DNA of 64,000 nt from Acidilobaceae archaeon. GTDB taxonomy: Archaea > Thermoproteota > Thermoprotei_A > Sulfolobales > Acidilobaceae. The notes beneath the pieces are model-generated. The model did not search any database and had not been told where the DNA came from. It saw only the letters and a list, made by a program, of their open reading frames with translations. A program made the position numbers and the translations under genes. Location of the stretch: positions 318 to 64,317 of the forward strand of contig JAWBBK010000003.1 in NCBI GenBank assembly GCA_038824665.1, written 5' to 3'. This document shows positions 38,416 through 48,212 of this stretch, in pieces (position 1 is the stretch's first letter; every line of letters starts with the position of its first letter).

Positions 38416-39732
38416 TTGACAGCTAGAGTTTATATTGAGACTTACGGTTGTGCTCTAGCAGAGTTCGAGTCTTGCATTATGGAAGAGGTTTTGAGAGCTC
38501 GCGGTTTTGAGGTTGTCAGCGACATAAGCTTAGCTGACGTGATTGTTGTAAACACTTGTGCTGTAAGACTTGATACTGAGCAGAAGATCGCTAAAAGGTT
38601 ACTCGAACTCCGAAAGTCGCGTTCTAACGCACGTTTTGTCGTAACTGGTTGTTTAGCTAAAGCTAGACCTGGTCTTGTAATTAGAGTAGTTCCTGAAGCC
38701 TCTCTGTTAGCTCCTCAAGCTGTAGAAAGAGTAGCTGAAGCTGTCAATACTGCTCTCGCTGGCTCTAAGCTTATAGTCTTGGACTGCGAGAGAGACACGT
38801 CTAGAGCTCCTCCTTTAAGACCTCAAGAAGCTGTAGGAACGGTGATGATACAAGAAGGTTGTTTAAACGAATGTAGCTTCTGTATAACCAAACTGGCTAG
38901 ACCGAAGCTAAAGAGCTATCCAATTAACGTGGTAGTTGATATGGTGAGAAGGCTTGTAGAACAAGGAGCTGTGGAGATCAGGCTTACAGGAATGGATGTA
39001 GGAGCTTATGGAGCAGACCTCTCAGATAAGCCCACTTTAGCTGACCTGTTGAGAGAAGTTCTAGACAAAGTAGAAGGAGACTATTTAATAAGGATAGGAA
39101 TGATGACTCCTGAATCAGCTCTTGAGACGATAGACGACCTGTTGGACGTATATAGAGACCCTAGAGTCTACAAGTACTTCCACATACCCGTACAGACAGG
39201 AGACGATAGGTTACTGAAGATCATGGGTAGAAAGTATAGCGTTGAAGACTATAAGGAGCTCTACAAAAAGATAAAGAACAGGTTTCCTGATGCCGTTGTG
39301 GCTACAGACATAATAGTTGGACATCCTGGAGAGGACGAAAAGTCTTTCGAGAAGACCGTTGAGCTCCTCTTAGAGCTGAGATTTGAGAAAGTACATATAG
39401 CTCAATATACCATAAGACCTCACACTAAAGCCTCGGTTTTACCTCAGGTCTCAGATAGCGTTAAGAAAGAGAGAAGCACTAAGCTCTCTAAGTTGGTCGA
39501 GTCTATATGTTATGAGAAGCTATCGAGATATAAGAGCAGAGAGGTCGTGGCTAGAGTCGTAGAGATAGGCTTTAGAAAAGAGAGTCTGATAGCTAGACTT
39601 GAGAACTACGTTCCTGTAGTGTTGAGAGGAGGAAAAGAGCTACTAAGGAAAAGAGTTAGAGTTCTGATAGAGGATAACACCTTCTTCGACCTCAGAGGTA
39701 AGGTCATAGAGGTGTTAATGAATAGAATATAG
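38416..39732 (+). CDS. mtaB: tRNA methylthiotransferase, MiaB/MtaB-like radical SAM
   Basis: IETYGC, VNTCAV, VTGC, GCLNECSFC, TDIIVGHPGE and a C-terminal TRAM domain. Confidence 0.93.
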   Translation: MTARVYIETYGCALAEFESCIMEEVLRARGFEVVSDISLADVIVVNTCAVRLDTEQKIAKRLLELRKSRSNARFVVTGCLAKARPGLVIRVVPEASLLAPQAVERVAEAVNTALAGSKLIVLDCERDTSRAPPLRPQEAVGTVMIQEGCLNECSFCITKLARPKLKSYPINVVVDMVRRLVEQGAVEIRLTGMDVGAYGADLSDKPTLADLLREVLDKVEGDYLIRIGMMTPESALETIDDLLDVYRDPRVYKYFHIPVQTGDDRLLKIMGRKYSVEDYKELYKKIKNRFPDAVVATDIIVGHPGEDEKSFEKTVELLLELRFEKVHIAQYTIRPHTKASVLPQVSDSVKKERSTKLSKLVESICYEKLSRYKSREVVARVVEIGFRKESLIARLENYVPVVLRGGKELLRKRVRVLIEDNTFFDLRGKVIEVLMNRI

Positions 39733-39779
39733 AACGGTCAAGAGGATAGTTTGGACTTGATGTAGAAAGTATTCTCGCG

Positions 39780-39920
39780 TTATTCTTCTTCTTCCTCTTC
39801 TTCCCAGAACTCTTCTTCTTCCTCTTCCTCCCAGAACTCTTCTTCTTCGTCGAATTCTTCCTCTTCTTCCCAGAATTCCTCTTCTTCTTCCTCTTCTTCT
39901 TCTACCCTCTTGCGAGGCAT
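39780..39920 (-). CDS. 46-aa poly-glutamate microprotein
   Basis: MPRKRV-E9-FW-E5-FD-E4-FW-E7-FW-E7*; mixed GAA/GAG codons; purine-rich leader and TATATATA box upstream (about 39960-39969). Confidence 0.8.
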   Translation of the reverse strand: MPRKRVEEEEEEEEEFWEEEEEFDEEEEFWEEEEEEEFWEEEEEEE

Positions 39921-39972
39921 AACCTTCTCACTCTCAGGTTTTTCGGCTTAGAGGTCTAAGTATATATAATTT

Positions 39973-40890
39973 TTGGGTATTGCTAGACGTGTAGTCGGCT
40001 GGCTCTTTTTGGAGATCTACGATTTCAGAAGAACTCCCTCAGTAACTGTTGACGAGAAAGAGCTGTTGTCTCTGTTAGAGGCATGTAGAGCTGGAGTCGG
40101 AAACGTGAAAGTAGACCTAGGTTTACGCTCAGCTAAAGTAGAGAAGGTCGGAAGTCTTTGTGTGATCTCTACAGAAGTCGCCGTAGTGAGAGTAGAGTCG
40201 AAAGACCTCGAAAGAGTTCTAGAAGAGTCCAGGGGAAGAGAGGTCTTTGTACTTGAAGAGAGCGGAACCGTTAGTGTAGCTGAAATCCGAGGAGCTCATT
40301 ACTATAAGTTGGTCTCTCTCGGAGAGACCGCCCCTACTCTAGAAATAAATGGAATTCATATGCATAGAGTCTCCGGAACTACTCCCTGGAAAGACGCAGA
40401 ACTCAAAGCTAGACTCGTTGGAGCGAGAAGAGGAACTAAGGTCTTAGATGTGTGTACAGGGCTCGGCTATACAGCTATACACTCGTTGCTTTTAGGAAGC
40501 GCTAGCGTCACGACGATCGAAGTTGATGAAAACGTTCTAAGCCTAGCTGAAGTAAACCCTTGGAGCGAGTTGTTAGGAAGCGAGAACGTGGTCTTAATTC
40601 ATGGAGATGCAGTTGAAGTTGTGAAAGAGCTTGAAGGAAGCTATCATGCAATCATTCATGACCCGCCTCGCTTTACGTCTTCTACGAGCAAGCTCTATAG
40701 CATAGAGTTCTACAAAGAGTTCTATAGGTTGCTGAAGAGAGAAGGAAGGCTTTTCCATTATACAGGAGAGCCAAAGAGAGCTAGAGGAGCGAGATTCCCC
40801 TCTAAAGTAGCTTCAAGACTAAGAGAAGCTGGCTTCAAGATCGTCAGATACGACCCAAGAGCTTTAGGGATAATAGCTATCAAGCTTTAA
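39973..40890 (+). CDS. Archaeal SAM-dependent methyltransferase (COG2521-like)
   Basis: PTLEINGIHMHR, VLDVCTGLGYTAI, NPWS, HDPPRF and LFHYTG motifs. Confidence 0.88.
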   Translation: MGIARRVVGWLFLEIYDFRRTPSVTVDEKELLSLLEACRAGVGNVKVDLGLRSAKVEKVGSLCVISTEVAVVRVESKDLERVLEESRGREVFVLEESGTVSVAEIRGAHYYKLVSLGETAPTLEINGIHMHRVSGTTPWKDAELKARLVGARRGTKVLDVCTGLGYTAIHSLLLGSASVTTIEVDENVLSLAEVNPWSELLGSENVVLIHGDAVEVVKELEGSYHAIIHDPPRFTSSTSKLYSIEFYKEFYRLLKREGRLFHYTGEPKRARGARFPSKVASRLREAGFKIVRYDPRALGIIAIKL

Positions 40891-40940
40891 ACTCGGCTCC
40901 ACTGCATAGAACATCTTCTTCTAATTACAAAGTTAAAATA

Positions 40941-41156
40941 TTGTTGCGTCTAAAGGAGAAAGGGGTTGCTAGAGTAGTGTACGAGAGCTTCGAGGTTGTA
41001 GAAGAGTACGTGAAGCACGGGATGAGGAGGTTCAAGGTCAGAGTCAAGGGAACCAATCTCGTTTTCGATGTGAGAGCTGACAGCGTAGAAGAGGCTTTAA
41101 AGAAAGCAGAAGAGATGGCGAAAAAACTTCGAAAGGTCAGCGAGAGTTCAAGTTGA
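40941..41156 (+). CDS. Small hypothetical protein
   Basis: FEVVEEY...RRFKVRVKGTNLVF.V.A...EEA; codon usage looks real. Confidence 0.65.
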   Translation: MLRLKEKGVARVVYESFEVVEEYVKHGMRRFKVRVKGTNLVFDVRADSVEEALKKAEEMAKKLRKVSESSS

Positions 41157-41841
41157 CTCTGACAGTCTTATCTCCAACTATGTAGACCTTCTCTGTCTCT
41201 CTAACCTCAATCTTAAATATAGGAGCTTCATGTTTTACTCTCTCTAAAGCTTCAGCAAGAGCAGGAATGGCGTTCTTTCTTGAAAGGCCTGCTGTAGCTA
41301 TCACGATCGTCTTCTCTCCTGGCTTTCTTCTTCCTACATAATGAGCTATAGCTATGCCTTTAAGTTCCCACTTCTCTCCTACCTCTTTAGCTATTTTCTC
41401 TAAAGTCTTCTCTAAGAGTTCAGGCGAATGTTCGTAGAGTAGTTCTTGTACTCGCTCTCCTTCGCTTTTCGGTTTGACCACTCCTATGAAGAGCGCTATA
41501 GCTCCTACTTCAAGCTCGCTCAATTCGTTAACTAACTCGTTCAGGTCTATATCGTCGCTCTCTTTAAGCACCTTAACGCTCGTCTTCAAACTCCCGCCTG
41601 AAGGTAGAGGCATTAGATGAATCACATCGCTTTCGATCAGTTCTCCTCTCTCAAGCCTCTTACCGTTTCCGTCTAAGATCACGTAAGAACCTTCAAGCAC
41701 CTTCATAGCCTTAGCTATACCTTCAACTCTAGACAGCTTCTCTAAGAGTTCTTCGTAACTGTCTTTTTCTAGATCTATCTCAAGCACAGAGCTTCCCGTC
41801 AGATCTCGAAATAAAGAGTAGAGCTTGACTTTAACTTTCAA
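41137..41841 (-). CDS. moaE: MoaD-MoaE fusion (molybdopterin synthase)
   Basis: N-terminal beta-grasp domain ending PLPSGG, then MoaE motifs GAIALFIG.V and VKHEAPIFK.E. Confidence 0.92.
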   Translation of the reverse strand: MKVKVKLYSLFRDLTGSSVLEIDLEKDSYEELLEKLSRVEGIAKAMKVLEGSYVILDGNGKRLERGELIESDVIHLMPLPSGGSLKTSVKVLKESDDIDLNELVNELSELEVGAIALFIGVVKPKSEGERVQELLYEHSPELLEKTLEKIAKEVGEKWELKGIAIAHYVGRRKPGEKTIVIATAGLSRKNAIPALAEALERVKHEAPIFKIEVRETEKVYIVGDKTVRVNLNSR

Positions 41842-41875
41842 TTCTGCTCCCTAGAACCGATTGCGGTGTTGCTGG

Positions 41876-42100
41876 CTAAATCTTCTTGACCGGTTTAGCT
41901 TCCCTCTTAGCCAGCTCTCCAGCTAGGTCTCGAGCTACCGTGAGACACTGATAGTCTAACCTCTCGAAGAAGATCTTAAAGAACTTGTATGCACAACGCG
42001 AGCTGTGAAACTCTAAGATCAAACCTCCTCTAGATATAATCACTCCTTGACCTTCAGGAAAGACGCGTCCACACATTAAACACTTCCGTTTGTCGCTCAA
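41876..42100 (-). CDS. Small TRASH/L24e-like metal-binding protein
   Basis: KCLMCGRVFPEGQG.....G..LEFHSSRC. Confidence 0.7.
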   Translation of the reverse strand: MSDKRKCLMCGRVFPEGQGVIISRGGLILEFHSSRCAYKFFKIFFERLDYQCLTVARDLAGELAKREAKPVKKI

Positions 42101-42162
42101 AAGCGAAACCCTCTGAAAAAAGAGTCTTTGAGATTAAAAAAGAGGTGAAGAGAAAGAGTTCG

Positions 42163-42681
42163 CTAGAGCTTCTTGAGACCCCAGAGCTTTTTAGTCAATA
42201 CTTTAATCCCTGCGCTAACTCCGTCGAGTATCTTGGGGTTCAAGAGCATTCTAACTCTCTTAGACGGAGGCTTTTGCTTGCTTAGCTCCTCGCTGAGGTT
42301 GAGCACTGTTGCCAGTATAGCCTTTGCGCCAAAGAGCTTTTCTACTATCAGGTCTTCGAAGAGCTTTTGCCACACCGCTGGATCTCTAGCTCTTCTAATC
42401 ATAACCAGATAGCCGCCAACGACTGGACCTATCTCGGGCTTGAGTCTAAGCGCAGTCATAGTAGCTGTCTTAGTCTCAGCCTCTATCAGGTTGTTCTTTC
42501 TCAAGACTTCAGCCATTATGTTGAAGAGTTCTTGAACTCCCTTTCCTCCTATCTTTATTAAGGTTGTCTCTCGAGCTTCAGGTCTAGTGACTCTTAGTTG
42601 GAGCGAAGGACCTCTTGCTGTGTTCTTCAGAATTAGTCTGTACTGTTTGACTTCTGTGCTCACCTCGAGCCACCACACCAC
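42163..42681 (-). CDS. Hypothetical protein
   Basis: 172-aa ORF with normal codon usage; no recognised motif. Confidence 0.7.
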   Translation of the reverse strand: MVWWLEVSTEVKQYRLILKNTARGPSLQLRVTRPEARETTLIKIGGKGVQELFNIMAEVLRKNNLIEAETKTATMTALRLKPEIGPVVGGYLVMIRRARDPAVWQKLFEDLIVEKLFGAKAILATVLNLSEELSKQKPPSKRVRMLLNPKILDGVSAGIKVLTKKLWGLKKL

Positions 42682-42745
42682 GATCCTAGTGTGACACGGG
42701 GTTAAATATGATTCTATAGTCGTCTAATTGAGGATGTGCTGAAAC

Positions 42746-43744
42746 TTACGCAGAGCTTGAGCGTCTAAGATAGAGATCAGCTCGTCTAGCTACTTCAAGC
42801 CCTGATTTCACAGCCGGACCGATCTTACTCGGTCCTTGGACAGCATCTCCACAGGCGAAGACTCTATCTGCGCTAGTCATCATGTTCTCATCGACCCAGA
42901 AGGTGCCATCTGCTCTCCTCTTCAAGAAAAGTGATGTGGAAATAGGAGTAGGCTCTTGACCTACTGCTAGCAGAACGTAGTCTATTTCTAGCTTCATCTT
43001 CTCATCAACTAGCTCTACAAGCCTGCTTTCGTTAACTCTAGTCTTAGTCAATTCAACCACCCTTCTTCCGCTCTCTTCTCTGAACCCAATGGGAACGGTG
43101 TATTCGAGAACCTTCACGCCTCTTCTCTCGAGTTCATCTATAGACTTTGCTCCACTAGGAGCGTCCTTTCTGCTTCTTCTATAGCTTAAGAATATTGTTT
43201 CCACATTGTCTCTGAACTCGGGATACTCTAAGAGGACTGTGATCACGTCCAACGCTGTAAAGCCTGCACCAACTACCAAAACCCTGCCGCTAACTCTAGT
43301 CAACTTGTTCCGAGGCTCATAGCCTAACCTAACGAGATGTACTTGAGAAAGCCAATCGACAGCTCCTAGAACCCAGTTGTAGTCTTCTCCAGGCACGTTC
43401 AGTCTCTTAGAACGCCAAGCTCCTATCGCTAGGATGACAGCATCATAGCGTTCAACTATGTCTTCAAGCATCACGTCTCTACCGACTTTGGTGTTGAAAA
43501 AGAAGGAGACTCCTGCCTCCATAAGCTCTTTGACGCCTAATCTCAGAGCTTTTTTATTCACTCTGTTATCAGGTATTCCGAAGACCACCATGCCTCCTGC
43601 TTCAGGCATAGCTTCAAGCACTATCACATCGTAACCCATACAGACCAGAGCTCCAGCAGCCGTTAATCCAGCAGGCCCTCCTCCTACTATAGCTATTTCA
43701 AAACCAGATGGCTGTGCTCTTTCCTTACAAAACAAGAACCTCAC
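42746..43744 (-). CDS. FAD-dependent oxidoreductase (GltD/SudA-like)
   Basis: GGGPAGL, GGMVVFGIP, GAGFTALD, YRR and FACGD..GP motifs. Confidence 0.9.
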   Translation of the reverse strand: MRFLFCKERAQPSGFEIAIVGGGPAGLTAAGALVCMGYDVIVLEAMPEAGGMVVFGIPDNRVNKKALRLGVKELMEAGVSFFFNTKVGRDVMLEDIVERYDAVILAIGAWRSKRLNVPGEDYNWVLGAVDWLSQVHLVRLGYEPRNKLTRVSGRVLVVGAGFTALDVITVLLEYPEFRDNVETIFLSYRRSRKDAPSGAKSIDELERRGVKVLEYTVPIGFREESGRRVVELTKTRVNESRLVELVDEKMKLEIDYVLLAVGQEPTPISTSLFLKRRADGTFWVDENMMTSADRVFACGDAVQGPSKIGPAVKSGLEVARRADLYLRRSSSA

Positions 43745-43820
43745 GAAGTTGCCCTTTAGGCTATGGCTTCAGCTCAACTTTTTTGTTTTTTGTTGAGTTT
43801 TTATAGATGGAAGATCGAAT

Positions 43821-44561
43821 TTGAGACTGACTGAAAGAGAAGACATCGAGTTAGCTGTTGTAAAGTTGTTAGGAAACGAAGTTCGATGTCGCAGATTGAG
43901 CCTCTTGGGAAGCACGTTCTTTTGTGAAGGTCGTAGAGGCTCTCTAGTAGCTAAAGTTTACGATGAGTTCTCTACATTAAAATGGGTCTCTGTCGTTCCT
44001 TTCTCGAGACCTGCTATAGCTTTCAGAGTCTCCTCTTACGAAAGACTTGTCTCTGAACTGGTTTACTCTGTAAAACTGAGAAAGCTCATCAAAACTTTCA
44101 AAGTCTTCGGAGTAGCTAAGATCTCAGGAGTTTACGTTCTTTTGAGAGAATACGTGCAAGGAGAGACCTTGTTTAAAATCAAAGATCCTAAAGCTTGGAG
44201 ACTCTTAGGAAGAAGGCTTGCAGAAATTCATTTAGAAAACATAGCGTTAGGTGACTCAAATCCTGGAAACTTTGTCGTCTCAAATAACGAGATAGCTGTA
44301 GTAGACCTAGAACAAGCTAGAAACATAGAGGAAGGTCTAGCGGCTTGGGATTTGGTTACTCTCTTAGTACATGGACATTTGAGAGGAGTAAGCACTTCTC
44401 TACTTGTAGAGGCTCTGAAAGGCTATGGAGAGAACGAAGAGGCACGTCGCAGAATTACAAGAGAACTCTCAAACCTCGCTGTATGGACTCCTTACTTGCT
44501 AGTGGCACAACCATTAGCTCCTTTCGCTTTTTCAGCTTTCAAGAAGGCTGGCTACCTCTAG
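43821..44561 (+). CDS. Protein-kinase-like (Bud32/RIO/Kdo-type) phosphotransferase
   Basis: VAK, REYVQG, IH...GDSNPGN and VDLEQ motifs. Confidence 0.78.
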   Translation: MRLTEREDIELAVVKLLGNEVRCRRLSLLGSTFFCEGRRGSLVAKVYDEFSTLKWVSVVPFSRPAIAFRVSSYERLVSELVYSVKLRKLIKTFKVFGVAKISGVYVLLREYVQGETLFKIKDPKAWRLLGRRLAEIHLENIALGDSNPGNFVVSNNEIAVVDLEQARNIEEGLAAWDLVTLLVHGHLRGVSTSLLVEALKGYGENEEARRRITRELSNLAVWTPYLLVAQPLAPFAFSAFKKAGYL

Positions 44562-44584
44562 CTCAAGAGATGTTCTAGTAGCTG

Positions 44585-45001
44585 GTGAAGAGATTGCCTA
44601 TGATCGTGTTGGAAAAAGGTCTCTCAGCTTCCAAAGCTAGATTTGATGATTATAAGGAAGCAGTATACATCTTGACACAGCTCATAGAGCCAGGAAGGGT
44701 CGTCACGTATGGATGTCTCGCTAGAGCTTTAGGGGTGAGTCCTAGACTCGTCGGTAGAGTTCTCGCGATTAACGAAAACATAGTAGTTGTCCCCTGTCAT
44801 AGAGTAGTTGGAAAGAAGAACCTAGGAGGCTTCAGTTTAGGACTGAGCTTTAAAGAAAAACTTCTAGCTATAGAAGGGCTGAAGAGTTCTGAAGACCTGA
44901 GGAGAGCCCTCATAGATTGTAGAGATATAGAAGAGCTGTTGTCTAAAGCGGGGGGCCGTCTCGTCTTTTCTTTTGAGTTAAGTGAAGAGTCTGAAGGTTA
45001 G
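44585..45001 (+). CDS. ogt: O6-methylguanine-DNA methyltransferase
   Basis: GRVVTYG, RLVG, VPCHRVV and KEKLLAIEG motifs. Confidence 0.93.
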   Translation: MKRLPMIVLEKGLSASKARFDDYKEAVYILTQLIEPGRVVTYGCLARALGVSPRLVGRVLAINENIVVVPCHRVVGKKNLGGFSLGLSFKEKLLAIEGLKSSEDLRRALIDCRDIEELLSKAGGRLVFSFELSEESEG

Positions 45002-46185
45002 AGTGCTCCAAACCTCCTAGCCCAGTCTTCATATCTTTTGAGCGATTCTTGGTCTACACTGGGCTTTCTTCTAGCTATGACCTCTATGAAGTCCTTCATA
45101 GATATAGGTCTTGGCTCTTCGGTTCCGCCTTTCTGGAAGAACTCTCTCACAGTTCTCATGTGAGCGTCTACCACAACGTCTCTTATGTCGCTTCCTGAAT
45201 ATCCTTCAAGCATGTCGACCAGTTCCTCTAAGCTGACGTCGTTAGCTAGCTTCAGGTTGTTGGTCAACATCTTAAGCAACTCTAAACGTGCCTTTCTATC
45301 GGGTAACGGAACGTATATCCTTTTCTGGAATCTTCGGAGAAACGCTTCGTCGAGTTCCCAAGGCTTGTTGGTAGCGCCTATCACATAAACGTGGAGCTTC
45401 TGTTTTTTATCGAGAACTCCGTCCATCTCCTTCAAGAACTGGTTTCTTACTCTGACTTCTCCTCCTACCTCGACTTCGTGAACTCCTAGCAATGCGTCTA
45501 CTTCATCGATAAATATCGTTACAGGAACTCCTTGCTTCGATCTCTCTCTAGCGTAAGTGAATATCTTTCTCACGTTCTTTTCTCCTTCGCCTAGCCATTT
45601 ACTCATGACGCTAGCTGCGTCTACGTAAAGGAATTCAGCTCCTACTTCGTTTGCTGCAGCCGCTCCTAACATGGTCTTACCTGTGCCAGGAGGACCGAAC
45701 AACAAGATACCTCGAGGCCAGCCTAGCGGGAAGAGGTCTGGTCTCTTTACGGGATACACTATGGCTTCTCTTATAGCCTCTTTAGCGTGCTCTAAGCCTG
45801 CGATATCGTTAAAGGTCACGTTCGGTCTGTCTCTGATTATGAACGGAGGCAATAACTTCTCTAAATCATCTTGGGAAGTAGACTCTTTCTTATTGCCTTC
45901 ATTAGTTATCTCTACATAGTACTCCTCATCCTCTCCGCCGCTTGAGACCTTTAGCTTGTTCTTCTTTTCTAGTTCCTCTAGCTTCTTCTTGTACTGGATG
46001 AGAAGCCTCTTGTATATAGGAGTTAAGGGATGATCAGGATAGTGTCTCGTTATCTCTTCTAGGACCTCGATGGCTCTTCTTAAGTTAATAAAAGCCGTAG
46101 AGTAGTCTCCGTCGGACTCAGCTTTAGCGGCAGCTAGAGCATACCTTCTAGCTGCTCCCTCCAAGTAGGCTAGAGAATGAGACAA
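44998..46185 (-). CDS. cdvC: Vps4-like AAA ATPase CdvC
   Basis: N-terminal MIT domain, LFPLGWPRGILLFGPPGTGKT, SKWLGE and RNQFLKEMDG. Confidence 0.93.
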   Translation of the reverse strand: MSHSLAYLEGAARRYALAAAKAESDGDYSTAFINLRRAIEVLEEITRHYPDHPLTPIYKRLLIQYKKKLEELEKKNKLKVSSGGEDEEYYVEITNEGNKKESTSQDDLEKLLPPFIIRDRPNVTFNDIAGLEHAKEAIREAIVYPVKRPDLFPLGWPRGILLFGPPGTGKTMLGAAAANEVGAEFLYVDAASVMSKWLGEGEKNVRKIFTYARERSKQGVPVTIFIDEVDALLGVHEVEVGGEVRVRNQFLKEMDGVLDKKQKLHVYVIGATNKPWELDEAFLRRFQKRIYVPLPDRKARLELLKMLTNNLKLANDVSLEELVDMLEGYSGSDIRDVVVDAHMRTVREFFQKGGTEEPRPISMKDFIEVIARRKPSVDQESLKRYEDWARRFGAL

Positions 46186-46223
46186 GAGGAGACCCTCCTG
46201 GCCCCCCGCTTCGTTCTTCTTTT

Positions 46224-46994
46224 TTAGACTGTAGACTCAGCTGATGCTTCAGTTATTCTGTGTATCTTGACTAAGCCTTTGGCTTCGAGAGACTCTAAAG
46301 CTCTCTTAACGGCTTCTGGAGACATATTTAGGTCTCTCGCAGCAACGCTTAAGCTTATCCTACCTCCTCTAGTTCTCACGTACTCGAGCAAACTCTTTTC
46401 GATATCTTCTTGACTCTGAGTCTGAACTCTTATCCCGAGTTCTGCTAGAGCGTAAGCTATCTCTTGTCTGGCCTCCGGGTCTATCTCGACTTTAGCTGTA
46501 GGCATGTTGTTAGCTAGAACGCCTACTTCTCTTATCAGACTCTCAGCTGACACCATTACGTTAGATAGTCTACTTACGAGCTCAGGGCTGATTAAGGCTA
46601 GATAGCTGTTAGTAGCTCTAAGCCAGTAGTCAAGCGGAGCTATGCTCTTAATGAGAGCTTCTATGCTTCTAGCGTCTCTTACTCTTTGAATAGCTATACC
46701 TAAGAGCTTGCTGTAAGCCGTTAGAGCCGTTAAGACTTTTTTCTTTAGAACTATCTCTGCCGCTATCATCTCAGCTGTATCGGTATCGTTGGTTCTCAGA
46801 GCTGTCTGCATCTTATCGTAATAACTCGTTATCTCGTTCGTTAACTGGTCTCTAGCGCGGTCTACCTCAAGCTTCGCTAGCTCGAGTCTAGCCGTTATTT
46901 CATCGAAGTCTATGTTCTCTACTCCGGGGTCAGCGTCTGTTCTATGCCTAGGACCTAGACCTCCTATGAAGTTTCTAATTATACTCAAGACCAC
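46224..46994 (-). CDS. cdvB: ESCRT-III-like CdvB with C-terminal winged helix
   Basis: Helical Snf7-like body, VEIDPEARQ, C-terminal wHTH (VAARDLNMS...LESLEAKGLVKI); directly upstream of cdvC. Confidence 0.75.
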   Translation of the reverse strand: MVLSIIRNFIGGLGPRHRTDADPGVENIDFDEITARLELAKLEVDRARDQLTNEITSYYDKMQTALRTNDTDTAEMIAAEIVLKKKVLTALTAYSKLLGIAIQRVRDARSIEALIKSIAPLDYWLRATNSYLALISPELVSRLSNVMVSAESLIREVGVLANNMPTAKVEIDPEARQEIAYALAELGIRVQTQSQEDIEKSLLEYVRTRGGRISLSVAARDLNMSPEAVKRALESLEAKGLVKIHRITEASAESTV

Positions 46995-47235
46995 TGTTCA
47001 AGCCACCAAAGAGTGTTAGCTTGAAAGGAGAAATTAGAGCGGGTACGGGAGATAATACTGAATGGTTGTTAGCGTCCGCTAGTTAAGGTCAGCGCTCGTT
47101 CGCTCATAGCAAGACCGTCGAGAGCTAAGTCGAGAGTTCCTCTGAGCTTGAAAACAACTTAGAAAAACTCTTACAGGAGAAACAGTCTCTGACCTCTCGA
47201 TGAAGACGTTTCTTCGCCGCTCTTGAAGCTTTTCT

Positions 47236-47646
47236 TTACTCTTCTCCTCCTCTTATCCTGATTATTTTCGGTTTGTTCATTATAATCCAGTACTCTACGG
47301 TTACGCCTGAAGAGAGCTTAGAGACTAGCTCAGGCTCGTTCACAGGCTTCTCTATCTCTAAAGTCTCGTAAGTCTCCATATCCATAATCTGAACTCTATC
47401 GCCCATGTCTGCGAGAACTTGACCTACTCTTTTCTCTATCACTGGAACTTGAACGCGAGTATCTACTGGAGCTATGAGAGTTCTCTTCTGTCCTGTGAAA
47501 ACGCCTATAGCTACTACGTGAGCTTTTGCGCTTCCGTGTTTTCCTGTCTTGGCTGTGCTCATATCGACTATCTTACACGGCTCTCCATCTATCACTATAA
47601 AGCTACCTTTTTTGAGATCTCCTAAAGTAGCATAGTTGATGCTCAT
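47236..47646 (-). CDS. eif5a: Translation factor aIF-5A
   Basis: [10 protein letters not shown] hypusine motif. Confidence 0.98.
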   Translation of the reverse strand: MSINYATLGDLKKGSFIVIDGEPCKIVDMSTAKTGKHGSAKAHVVAIGVFTGQKRTLIAPVDTRVQVPVIEKRVGQVLADMGDRVQIMDMETYETLEIEKPVNEPELVSKLSSGVTVEYWIIMNKPKIIRIRGGEE

Positions 47647-47700
47647 CTCTACTTCTCCGACTCAAAAAACCTCGGCTAGCGCTATATAGTCTTCTGCTCT

Positions 47701-48162
47701 TTAATCGATGAGATAGACTCTTAGAGACAACACCTTGTTGTAAACTTCTTTCACGAACTCCTCTAGCTGAACTCTTGACAAACCTCTGCTTTCAGCTATT
47801 TTGAAAACCTCCTCTAACACTTTGTTGTATGACTTGAACTTCTCGTTGAGCTCTCTCCAGGGGATCCCTGAAAGAGCTCTCTCGACATTTTCGGACCTAG
47901 GCAAGAAGCCTTTAACCATTAGCGTAGCGATAATAGGATATCCTATATAGCCTCTGAACTTAGTCCCGTTGTCGTCAGAACTCGCAAAAAAGCCATCAGG
48001 GCTTGGCTTTATTAAGACCTTGTAGACTCTATCTCCAAGACTTGAAGAGACTTTAGCCTCGATTATGTCTCTCTCGTCTCTAACTAGAACTACTCTACCG
48101 TCCGCTATAGAGCCTGAAGCCTCTAAGACTTTGATCTTAGGAGGAGCCTTTAGTCTCTTCAG
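47701..48162 (-). CDS. Conserved archaeal hypothetical protein (probable CTG start)
   Basis: Frame extends about 80 codons upstream of the track ORF (PPKIKVLEASGSIADGRV...SDDNGTKFRGYIGYPII); only CTG codons lie upstream of these motifs. Confidence 0.7.
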   Translation of the reverse strand: MKRLKAPPKIKVLEASGSIADGRVVLVRDERDIIEAKVSSSLGDRVYKVLIKPSPDGFFASSDDNGTKFRGYIGYPIIATLMVKGFLPRSENVERALSGIPWRELNEKFKSYNKVLEEVFKIAESRGLSRVQLEEFVKEVYNKVLSLRVYLID

Positions 48163-48212
48163 CTTGCAACCCTTTGAGATCAGAGAGTCTGAGAGGTTTT
48201 AGCGTGACCTAC

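Noticed and set aside
39780-39905. Non-coding (TTC)n microsatellite
   Set aside because: Variation falls at synonymous positions and the frame has a start, a stop and a promoter, so it is treated as a CDS.
46995-47235. C/D box sRNA or cdvA remnant upstream of cdvB
   Set aside because: Only partial box-like words and a 12-codon ORF; not enough to support either call.
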